A DNA stretch of 64,000 nucleotides, taken from NCBI GenBank assembly GCA_049967475.1, contig JBMFSQ010000010.1:1-64000 (forward strand). Direction: 5' to 3'. Positions within the stretch are counted from its first letter, which is position 1. Each line of letters opens with the position of its first letter. Both the position numbers and the translations under genes were made by a program. The DNA is from Chthonomonadales bacterium. GTDB taxonomy: Bacteria; Armatimonadota; Chthonomonadetes; Chthonomonadales; CAJBBX01. Below the pieces are notes generated by a model. That model was not told the DNA's origin. It searched no databases and worked only from the letters and a program-made list of their open reading frames with translations. This document shows, piece after piece, positions 41,764 to 50,180 of the stretch.

Positions 41764-42216
41764 ATGACCGAAGAGATTTACACGTTTCGCCAGTCATCGG
41801 AGTGGAGCGGCGGCTCCGACGGGGACGGCGTTCTCCACGGCGAAGGATACACAATCGAATACGGCCGCCCCAAGGAATTAGGCGGGAAGGCTGGGCGCAT
41901 CAGCCCGGAAGAGATGCTCCTCAGCTCCATAGCGGCATGTTACAGCATCACTTTGGCGATTATCGCCGAGCGCCGCCGCATCCCCATTACGGATATCCAC
42001 GTAGAGATCGAGGGCGACGTGATCCGCGAGCAAGGCGGAACCCTGCGCTTCACCGTGATCCGCATCTTTCCGCGCATCAAAGTGGCAAGTGACGATGCAT
42101 CCGTGCTCGAGGCTGCCATGGCCATCGCCCACAAAACCGATAAGTACTGCCTCATATCCAATGCTGTCCGCACGAGCGTGCAGATGCAGATCGTACCGGA
42201 GATTATACCAGGGTGA
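41764..42216 (+). CDS. OsmC/Ohr family protein
   Basis: P.ELGG, SPEEML...AACY, KYCLISN (two conserved Cys). Confidence 0.88.
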   Translation: MTEEIYTFRQSSEWSGGSDGDGVLHGEGYTIEYGRPKELGGKAGRISPEEMLLSSIAACYSITLAIIAERRRIPITDIHVEIEGDVIREQGGTLRFTVIRIFPRIKVASDDASVLEAAMAIAHKTDKYCLISNAVRTSVQMQIVPEIIPG

Positions 42217-42307
42217 GATGCACCCGCATGGGCATCACAAAAGCACAGGACTGCAGGCAACCTCAGCACATGCCGCCCGCGCGCGATGAGGCATCGGGAG
42301 GCCGCGC

Positions 42308-43147
42308 ATGAAGTTGGGCGTCCTTATCGCCGGCAAGCGCGCGGACGATCTGGGCCGGCAGCTCGACGCCATCCGTAACGCGGGCTACTTCCTCTGTCAA
42401 CTGAACCTCATGCAGACCGGCGCCACCCGCACGGACCTCCTGGCCATTGCGGATGCTCTCCTGGAATACGGCGTGCGGCCCGTTGCCATTGGGTGCTATG
42501 TAAACCCCATGCGCCCGGATGAACCATCCTTCATGGGCGTGGGTCGTGATGACCTGGATGTAGTGCTCCATTCTTTGGACCTCCTCGGAGCCAGGAGGGT
42601 TGTGTTTTGGAGCGGCACGCATGCCGATACGCTTTTTGACGACCATCCCGACAATTTGCAGGTACACAGCCTCGATATGCTGCGGGACTTCCTAGACGAT
42701 CTCGTGGCTTCAACGCGCGCCCGCCGGTACGAACTCGTCATCGAACCCTACAAAACGCACATACTGCGCACTGCACGAGCGATTGTGGAGTTTCATAACA
42801 GCCTGCCTCCAGCCACGGCAGAACGCGTTCAGTATGTGCTGGACGCTCCCAACCTGATCACCGCCCAGGATTACTCCCATCGGGATGATGTTGCCGAAGA
42901 CATCTGCCGCACGCTGGGCCCGTACGCCGGAGTGGCGCACTTGAAGGATTGCATCATGCCGCCTGACGGAGAGGAGGCGCTTTTAGGGCCAGGACAGGGC
43001 CGCCTGGACTACCCACGCTACGTGCAGGCCATCCTGCAGAATGTCGCGGATGAGGTGCCGGCCATTGTGAAGGGCGCTGCACCCGCCGAACTCGCCAATG
43101 TGCGCGATTTCCTGCTGAGGTTGACCGACCGCTGGGAACTCGCGTGA
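42308..43147 (+). CDS. Xylose-isomerase-like TIM barrel (sugar phosphate isomerase/epimerase family)
   Basis: GCYVNP, VIEP, VLDAPNL, AHLKD, G.G.LDY. Confidence 0.8.
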   Translation: MKLGVLIAGKRADDLGRQLDAIRNAGYFLCQLNLMQTGATRTDLLAIADALLEYGVRPVAIGCYVNPMRPDEPSFMGVGRDDLDVVLHSLDLLGARRVVFWSGTHADTLFDDHPDNLQVHSLDMLRDFLDDLVASTRARRYELVIEPYKTHILRTARAIVEFHNSLPPATAERVQYVLDAPNLITAQDYSHRDDVAEDICRTLGPYAGVAHLKDCIMPPDGEEALLGPGQGRLDYPRYVQAILQNVADEVPAIVKGAAPAELANVRDFLLRLTDRWELA

Positions 43148-43193
43148 CCCGTCATAGTGCGGAACACCACAGGACCACTGGAGATACCCTCTG

Positions 43194-44006
43194 ATGAGAA
43201 AGACGATCATTGCGGGCAATTGGAAGATGCACAAGACGTGTGCCGAAGCCACAGCCTTAGTTCAGAACTTGGCGCCGCTCGTTGCCGGGCGCACGTCTAG
43301 CGTAGACGTCGTCGTATGCCCGCCCTACACCGCCCTCTACGCCACAGCACACGCATTATCCGGCACAGGCATTAGGCTTGGCGCCCAGGATGTGTTCTGG
43401 AAGGATCAGGGGGCCTATACAGGTCGCGTGTCCCCCCCAATGCTGCTCGAGCTGGGAGTGGCCTACGTAATCGTGGGGCATTCGGAAGCCCGAGGCCGGT
43501 TTGGAGTGCCCGAACCCGATTTGACCGAGGATCTACTGCGGCAATTCGGTGATACAGACGCCAGCGTCAACCGCAAGCTGCTGGCCGCATTGGCTGCAGG
43601 TCTCCATCCGATCTGCTGCGTAGGGGAAACCATCGCCGAGCGCAACGCCGGCAAGACCGATGCGGTGATCGAGGCACAGATGCGCGGCGCTTTGGCTGAT
43701 GTGGCCCGTCAAGACATTCAGCGCGTCATCTTCGCCTACGAGCCCGTGTGGGCCATCGGTACCGGCGAGGTGTGCCATGCGCAAGAAGCCAACCGGGTAT
43801 GTGAGGCCATCCGCTCCATAGTTGCGGGCCTCTACGGATCCGAGGCGGCGGAAGCCATCCGCGTGCAATACGGAGGAAGCGTCAAGCCGGATAACGCCGC
43901 AAGCCTCTTGTCCCAACCCCACATTGATGGCGCGCTGGTGGGCGGAGCCAGCCTCAAAGCCGCAGACTTCGCCGCCATCGTGAACGCTGCTCCGAAAGGA
44001 CGATAG
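43194..44006 (+). CDS. tpiA: Triosephosphate isomerase
   Basis: IAGNWKM, GHSE, AYEPVWAIGTG, YGGSV, DGALVGGASL. Confidence 0.97.
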   Translation: MRKTIIAGNWKMHKTCAEATALVQNLAPLVAGRTSSVDVVVCPPYTALYATAHALSGTGIRLGAQDVFWKDQGAYTGRVSPPMLLELGVAYVIVGHSEARGRFGVPEPDLTEDLLRQFGDTDASVNRKLLAALAAGLHPICCVGETIAERNAGKTDAVIEAQMRGALADVARQDIQRVIFAYEPVWAIGTGEVCHAQEANRVCEAIRSIVAGLYGSEAAEAIRVQYGGSVKPDNAASLLSQPHIDGALVGGASLKAADFAAIVNAAPKGR

Positions 44007-44013
44007 ACCCAAC

Positions 44014-44772
44014 ATGACACGGATCCCCATTGCGTTGCAGATGTACACCCTTCGTGAAGAGGCAGCCAAGGACTTCCGCGGAACCCTTCGCAGGGTAGCC
44101 GCCATCGGGTATGCAGGCGTAGAGCTCGCCGGCACCGGAGGGTTGGCCGCGACGGAACTGAAGGCGGTCCTAGACGATCTTGGCCTTGCAGTAGCCGGAA
44201 GCCACGTCGGCTTGGATCAATTGGAAAACAACCTCGCCGAAGTCCTCCGCTACAATGTTGCACTGGGCAATAGGTACGTCGTCTGCCCGTACCTGCCCGA
44301 GGATCGGCGAAAGAGCGCAGAGGATTATCGGCGGCTAGCCGAACGCCTCAACACCATCGGGCGGGAATGCAAGGAGGCAGGTCTGCAACTGTGTTATCAC
44401 AACCATGCCTTCGAGTTTGAAAGGTTTGACGGGCGTACCGGCTACGACCTCCTCTTCGGCGCAACGGACGCGGATCTGGTAGCTGCTGAAGTAGACACTT
44501 ATTGGGCGGAATACGCCGGTCATGACGCGGCAGATCTCATCCGGCGCCTCTCCGGGCGCGTGCCGCTGATCCACCTGAAGGATATGGCGGGAAAGCCCCA
44601 GGGAGCCTTCGCCGAGGTTGGAGAAGGAGTGCTGGACTTTGCCGCCATCGCGGCGGCAGCCCATGCGGCCGGCACCCACTGGTTCATCGTGGAACAGGAT
44701 GTGTGCGCGAGACCGCCCCTGGAGAGCGTGGAGATCAGCCTGCGGAACTTGCGCCGCATGGGCCTTGCATAA
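44014..44772 (+). CDS. Sugar phosphate isomerase/epimerase family TIM barrel
   Basis: LQMYTLR, YHNHAFEF, EVDTYW, IHLKD, IVEQD. Confidence 0.88.
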   Translation: MTRIPIALQMYTLREEAAKDFRGTLRRVAAIGYAGVELAGTGGLAATELKAVLDDLGLAVAGSHVGLDQLENNLAEVLRYNVALGNRYVVCPYLPEDRRKSAEDYRRLAERLNTIGRECKEAGLQLCYHNHAFEFERFDGRTGYDLLFGATDADLVAAEVDTYWAEYAGHDAADLIRRLSGRVPLIHLKDMAGKPQGAFAEVGEGVLDFAAIAAAAHAAGTHWFIVEQDVCARPPLESVEISLRNLRRMGLA

Positions 44773-44783
44773 CGGGATGTAAC

Positions 44784-44821
44784 GCAGGCCGTCGCCCTTT
44801 GCGCCGACGGCCTGCTCTTTT
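44784..44821 (+). terminator. Intrinsic terminator at the end of the gap operon
   Basis: 11-bp stem gcaggccgtcg/cgacggcctgc followed by tctttt, between convergent genes. Confidence 0.75.
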
Positions 44822-44831
44822 ACCGGCGGGA

Positions 44832-45329
44832 TTACAGGTTCCGGATGATGATGTCTGCACTGGCAGGATCTAGCTGAGACATATCCGGAAACTGGTACCG
44901 GTTGCCGTGAATGTCCGTCACCAAGACGCGCCCGCCGGGCAGCTCCAGCAAATTGTCTCGCAGGTTGCGGGCGATTACCTGGGTTTCGCCGCGATCCGTT
45001 TGAACGTGCCAATACACCGTGCCGAATTCCTCGCGAACGGATACCACCGAGCAAACCACCGGCACAAAATAGCGCAATTCGATCTCTTCGGCTATGATGC
45101 GCTGGGATTGCTCATCCAATTCCGCGGGGTTCTCGATGAGGCCGATGTCCTTGTTTGCTCCATCCAGAAAGGCGATCCACCGATTAGGATCGGACACGGG
45201 GAAGGCCCGATACACCTGAACGAAGCGGTAGGAACGATCATCCTTCAGCGTAAGGCGCGTCACGCCTCCGGCTCGCAAGAGTTGAACGGACCGTGGCGAC
45301 AGGATGCGCAGCTCGTACTGTTCCGGCAT
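44832..45329 (-). CDS. DUF1854 family protein
   Basis: RAFPVSDP..WI, LD..S..I..E...RYFVP, W.V.TDRG, D.HGNRY. Confidence 0.85.
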   Translation of the reverse strand: MPEQYELRILSPRSVQLLRAGGVTRLTLKDDRSYRFVQVYRAFPVSDPNRWIAFLDGANKDIGLIENPAELDEQSQRIIAEEIELRYFVPVVCSVVSVREEFGTVYWHVQTDRGETQVIARNLRDNLLELPGGRVLVTDIHGNRYQFPDMSQLDPASADIIIRNL

Positions 45330-45391
45330 CGGTTGCCTCTTCCTCCTTGATAACCTCGCCGCCGTTAAAGATTGCGCTTCGGGCTATGGGG

Positions 45392-47674
45392 CTAAACCGC
45401 TCGGATGCGGTTTACTTCCGTTTGAATTTGCACCAGATGCGCATAAACGCCGTTGAGCTCCATCAGCTCATCGTGCGTGCCGCACTCCACCATTTTGCCT
45501 TCTTGGAGCACCACCAATCGGGACGCATGGCGGAGTGTGCTCAGGCGGTGGGCGATGGCAAAGGTGGTGCGGTTCTGAACAAGGCGTGCGATCGCTTCCT
45601 GGATGAGCTGCTCGGTTTCTGTGTCCACGCTCGCGGTCGCCTCATCCAATATCAGGATGCGCGGATCGTGCAAGATCGCCCGGGCGATGGAGATGCGCTG
45701 GCGCTCTCCTCCGGAAAGGCGCTGCCCCCGCTCGCCCACCTGGGTGTCGTACCCGTCCGCAAAGCGCAGGATGAATTCGTGGGCGTTGGCGGCCTTGGCT
45801 GCCCGCATGATCTCGCGGTCTGTGGCTCCGGGCTTGGCGTAGGCGATGTTCTCACGGATCGTACCTGGAAACAGAAACGGTTCCTGAAGAACGATCCCGA
45901 GCTGCCTGCGAAAATCCTCCTGCCGGATGCGGCGGATATCCACGCCATCCACCAGGATCGCTCCCTCGGTAACATCGTAGAAGCGCGCCAAAAGGTTGAT
46001 CACGGTGGTTTTCCCAGCACCCGTAGGACCCACCAGACCGATCATCTCGCCGGCCTCTACCTTGAGGCTGAAATCCTCCAGAACGCGGCGGGCCTTGTCA
46101 TACGTAAAGCTCACGTGGTCGAACTCAACTTCCCCTCGGATGCGGGGCATGGCAACGGCAGCAGCAACGTCACGCACGTCGGGCTCCGTGTCCAACACTT
46201 CGAACACACGCTCAGCCGCAGTCATGGACCGCGTGGACCAATCCAGCGCCCGGCTGAAATTCTGGAATGGCGCATAGAATTGCATCAGGTATCCGCTGAA
46301 GGCCGTGAGCGTGCCCAAGGTCATAGTGCCATGAAGAACCTGATATCCCCCGGCCAGCCAGATGATATAGGACCCCACGGACATGAGCAGACCCAGTAGG
46401 GGGAAATAGACCGCCCACATGGCGTTCGCCGCGAAGCTTGCCTCGAACACACGCCGGTTGCGATCCGTAAAGCGGCGGTTCTCCCGATCCTCCTGGGCAA
46501 ACGCCTTGATCACCTTGATACCGCTCAGAGCGCTGTTGAGCGCCGAGTACATCTTGCTGATGCGGTGCCACACCATGCGAAAGCGCCGCCGCGCCCGAGG
46601 CATGAACCATCGCGTAAGAATGAAGATGAGCGGCGCCGGCGCCAACAAATAGAACGCCAGGCGCGCGTTCATCCGAAACAACACAAAGCTGGTAAAGCCC
46701 AGCGAAAGCACGTTTGTGAGGAGCCACGGCGCCCCATCGGTCAAAAAGTCCCAAAGGTTGTCTGCGTCATTGGTGATGCGCGCCATGACGCTTCCCGTGG
46801 ACCTTTTGTCGAAGTACGCCAGGGAGAGCCGCGTCAGCCGCGTGAAAATGGCGATGCGGATATCCATCAGGGTGCGGGCCCCCAGCCATGCGCTGATGCG
46901 CCGACCGGCGTACTGGAGGCCGCCGGCCACCAACCGAACGATCGCCATCAATCCCACGAGGATGGCAATGCGGATCATGGTAGGCCCTGGAGTGTGCCTC
47001 CCGGTCACCAAAGCATCCACGATGCGGCCGCCGATGTAAGGAGGGGCGAGGTCCGTAAGGCTCGTACCTACCAGGATTACCAAGCCTGCCGCCACCACGA
47101 GTTTGTAGGGCCTCAGGAACTGAAAGAGCCTCAGCAGAACGGCACGCTTGTTGATGCACGCCTTGCATACGTCGCTGTCTTCGGGAAGCACGCGCCCGCA
47201 TTTGGGGCAGAACGTTTGGCGATCCTTCGCCTCTTCCCATTTAGGCGCTTCGTGGCGCAGGAGCGTTGTGATTTGGCGGGCACAGATGTTCGCGTCGCTT
47301 ACGAGCGCCTGAGAATAGCGCACAAGGGGGATCGTCTCAGCATCTGTGCGCACCTTGAGGAGGCCGTTCCCAACATAGAAATCCGCCGTCACTTCCCGAA
47401 CACGGTCGAGGGGGATCGCGGTTTTGAGCAAAGCTTCCCCTCCGCCGTTGGGCGTGAACACGTAGAGGTATCCCCGCCGAACCACGAGCCATTCACGACC
47501 AAACTTGCCGGAATGGTCCAGATCGGTGGCGAATGCAAGCACATGTGAAGCCTCTTCGGCCCCGTCCGCAGCATCAACGTCCGCCATTGGAGGGTCGGCA
47601 TCCATATTGCCGGCCAGACGAAGAGATCGGAGGCTGTGCTCAACCTCCTGGGGTAGCTCGTCGAGAAGTGCCAT
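45392..47674 (-). CDS. ABC exporter (fused TMD-NBD) with N-terminal extension and Zn ribbon
   Basis: GPTGAGKT, LSGGERQR, ILILDEAT, IAHRLST; CPKCG...CKAC lies before the TMD. Confidence 0.92.
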   Translation of the reverse strand: MALLDELPQEVEHSLRSLRLAGNMDADPPMADVDAADGAEEASHVLAFATDLDHSGKFGREWLVVRRGYLYVFTPNGGGEALLKTAIPLDRVREVTADFYVGNGLLKVRTDAETIPLVRYSQALVSDANICARQITTLLRHEAPKWEEAKDRQTFCPKCGRVLPEDSDVCKACINKRAVLLRLFQFLRPYKLVVAAGLVILVGTSLTDLAPPYIGGRIVDALVTGRHTPGPTMIRIAILVGLMAIVRLVAGGLQYAGRRISAWLGARTLMDIRIAIFTRLTRLSLAYFDKRSTGSVMARITNDADNLWDFLTDGAPWLLTNVLSLGFTSFVLFRMNARLAFYLLAPAPLIFILTRWFMPRARRRFRMVWHRISKMYSALNSALSGIKVIKAFAQEDRENRRFTDRNRRVFEASFAANAMWAVYFPLLGLLMSVGSYIIWLAGGYQVLHGTMTLGTLTAFSGYLMQFYAPFQNFSRALDWSTRSMTAAERVFEVLDTEPDVRDVAAAVAMPRIRGEVEFDHVSFTYDKARRVLEDFSLKVEAGEMIGLVGPTGAGKTTVINLLARFYDVTEGAILVDGVDIRRIRQEDFRRQLGIVLQEPFLFPGTIRENIAYAKPGATDREIMRAAKAANAHEFILRFADGYDTQVGERGQRLSGGERQRISIARAILHDPRILILDEATASVDTETEQLIQEAIARLVQNRTTFAIAHRLSTLRHASRLVVLQEGKMVECGTHDELMELNGVYAHLVQIQTEVNRIRAV

Positions 47675-47758
47675 CGTGTCTATTCATCAGGCGATGAAGC
47701 ACGCTGCAGCCGATCGCCTGTCACGCAAAACCCATCAAACCGACGCACGTCAGCGCGG

Positions 47759-49138
47759 CTATTTGCTTATCTTGCCGTTACCGACATCCAAAACGATCGT
47801 AGAGATCAATGCATCCGGAAGCTGCTCCGGCAGCCGGATCTGCACACCCGCGCGGGTGACCCTTACCGGAAGCTTGCGCACAGGATCCTCGAGAAACCAC
47901 GCGCCCCGAACCGTCCCCTCGATGGGTGGGATCTCCACCTTGTCTCCTGGCCGCCGGTACAGATGCACATAGAGCTTGCCAGGCTTGGACGTACAGGCTC
48001 CCCAATCGAACTTCTGCGGAAAGAACGGACTGGGGCCCGCGCCATAAATCGCTTCACCATTCCGCGCAAGCCAGCGCCCCATCTGAACTAGACGGTCCTG
48101 CATCACCACTGGTATCCGCCCATCTGCCGTAGGGCCTACATCTAAGAGAAGGTTCCCGCCGGCGCTCACCGTGTCCACGAGAAGATGAAGAAGGTCCGCA
48201 GCCGAACGGTAATCATCTATGTTCTCGTTGCGGTTATAGCCGTAGGAGGCCCCCATTCCGCGGTTCTCCTCCCACGCGTGCCCCGGCTTGGCCTTGAAAT
48301 CGGTGGCGCCGCCATATTCCGTGGTGTAATACCCGCCGTGCTTGCCTCGAGTTTCCTTGCCCCATCGGTCATTCACAACCAGATCCGGTCCACAACCGCT
48401 TTCGTTGTAAAGCCATGCCAGAAGTTCGGGGGAATGCCATTCTTCGGAAGTGTGTTCCCATTCACCGTCCGCGAAGATTACCGAAGGCCTGTATCGGGTA
48501 ACCACGTCCTTGAACTGGGGAAAGAAATGCTCATCGCGGTACCGAGGAAAGTCGCTGCGGTAGAGCGGGTTATACCACTCGTAGAGCGAGTAGTAGATCC
48601 CCATACGCAACCCCTTGGCTCGGACTGCCTGGGCGAGGTCTCCCAGCAAATCGCGGTGGGGTCCTGTGCTTACACTGTTCCATGGGTGCCCCCAGGTGCG
48701 GTCGGCCTCGGCGCTGGGCCACAGGCAGAAACCTTCATGGTGCTTCGAGGTGAGTACCACGTAACGGGCACCGCTGCGGGCAAAGATATCCGCCCATTGT
48801 TGCGGGTCGAAAAGCTCGGCCTTGAACAAAGGCGCAAAAGCTGTATAGGGGAAATCCGCGCCATACACGCGCTCATGAAACTTCCACGTGGGGCCGTTGT
48901 GATCCTGCATGGCATTCCAGTACCACTCTGCGTAGCTCCCCTTCGGCCCCCACGCCGGCACGGAATAGACACCCCAGTGAATGAAGATGCCGAATTTCGC
49001 GTCCGTAAACCATCGGGGGATTGGGCGGGCATCAAGTGAGGCCCAATTGGGCGTGTACGGACCATCGCCGGCGGCGGCCGCGCCTGCGCCGGCAAACGCC
49101 CACACCATCAAAAGACAACCAAATATGGCTTCCCTCAT
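47759..49138 (-). CDS. Alpha-L-fucosidase (GH29), exported
   Basis: Signal peptide; WF.DAKFGIFIHWGVYSVP, AEWY, TSKHHEGF, NDRW, GGNLLL.VGP. Confidence 0.93.
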   Translation of the reverse strand: MREAIFGCLLMVWAFAGAGAAAAGDGPYTPNWASLDARPIPRWFTDAKFGIFIHWGVYSVPAWGPKGSYAEWYWNAMQDHNGPTWKFHERVYGADFPYTAFAPLFKAELFDPQQWADIFARSGARYVVLTSKHHEGFCLWPSAEADRTWGHPWNSVSTGPHRDLLGDLAQAVRAKGLRMGIYYSLYEWYNPLYRSDFPRYRDEHFFPQFKDVVTRYRPSVIFADGEWEHTSEEWHSPELLAWLYNESGCGPDLVVNDRWGKETRGKHGGYYTTEYGGATDFKAKPGHAWEENRGMGASYGYNRNENIDDYRSAADLLHLLVDTVSAGGNLLLDVGPTADGRIPVVMQDRLVQMGRWLARNGEAIYGAGPSPFFPQKFDWGACTSKPGKLYVHLYRRPGDKVEIPPIEGTVRGAWFLEDPVRKLPVRVTRAGVQIRLPEQLPDALISTIVLDVGNGKISK

Positions 49139-49227
49139 CGGCTCCTCTCCCTAACCCCTTGCAGGTTCTGCTTCAGTGCGATTGTACCCGACCCTGCCCT
49201 CGCTGCGCCCGCGTGGGCACCGGGAGT

Positions 49228-49257
49228 TTGACACCAAGCGCCGTCTTGCGGTACCAT
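49228..49257 (+). promoter_or_regulatory. Sigma70-type promoter
   Basis: TTGACA-18 bp-TACCAT upstream of the 49332 gene. Confidence 0.65.
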
Positions 49258-49331
49258 ACGGCGATGCAGCGTTGCCCCCGGCCTAATCCGGCGGTATTAG
49301 CGCTGCGCCGCTCTCCCGGGGAGCATCCCAG

Positions 49332-50173
49332 ATGAAGCTCTGTGCCATCACCGACGAGATCTCGCAAGACTTTGAACACGCCCTGGACGTTCTCCGCGAA
49401 TACGGCGCCCATCATGCCGAGCTTCGCGGATTGTGGGGGCGCAACATCTCAGAGCTCGACGACGCACAAGTGAGCCGGGCCCAAGAAGCGCTGAGGGCAC
49501 GTGAGATGAACGTAGCGTGCCTGGCCTCCCCTTTCTACAAGTGCGATCTGGACACTGACGAAGCGGCCGTGAGGGGACGGATGCACCTGGCTCAAGCCCG
49601 GCCCCGCGCGGAACAGATGGAGATGCTCCGCCGATGCGCCGACCTCGCCCATCGCTTCGGTACGCGTCTCATCCGCGTGTTTACCTTCTGGCGCAAAGGG
49701 GAGTGACCCCAGAAGTGGAGGCACGCATCATCGAAGCCTTCCAGGAACCCATCAGGATTGCCAAAGAGGAAGGCGTGGTCCTCGCTCTAGAGAATGAACA
49801 CGCCTGCTTCGTCGGAACCGGAGCGGAAGCGGCACGCATCCTTCGTGCGATGGACACTCCCTTCGTCCGCGCCTGCTGGGACCCCGGCAATGCGTTCGCC
49901 GCCGGTGAGGTGCCCTATCCCAACGGATACGCAGAAGTACGGCCCTTCGTGGTTCATGTGCACGTAAAGGATGGTGTCCGAACGAACGGAGACACCAAAT
50001 GGTGTGTGGTGGGCCAAGGGCAGGTGGATTACCGGGGTCAGTTCGCAGCGCTTCGGGAAGATGGGTACGAAGGGGCAGTGTCCCTGGAGACGCACTATGT
50101 GCCTGAAGGCGGAACTCCGGAGATGGGGTCCCGCCTGTGCCTTGCGGCCCTTCGCCAACTGATAGGGGATTAG
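49332..50173 (+). pseudogene. Sugar phosphate isomerase/epimerase family gene split by a 1-nt frameshift near 49700 (pseudogene or sequence error)
   Basis: The N-half (ITDEIS.D, ELR..WG, LASP.YK, IRVFTFW) stops at 49706. The C-half (LENE, WDPGN, HVHVKD, SLETH) continues in the -1 frame. Confidence 0.8.
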
Positions 50174-50180
50174 TTTCAGC

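Noticed and set aside
49694..49706. Programmed -1 ribosomal frameshift
   Set aside because: No in-frame X XXY YYZ slippery heptamer and no obvious stimulator; a simple indel explains it.
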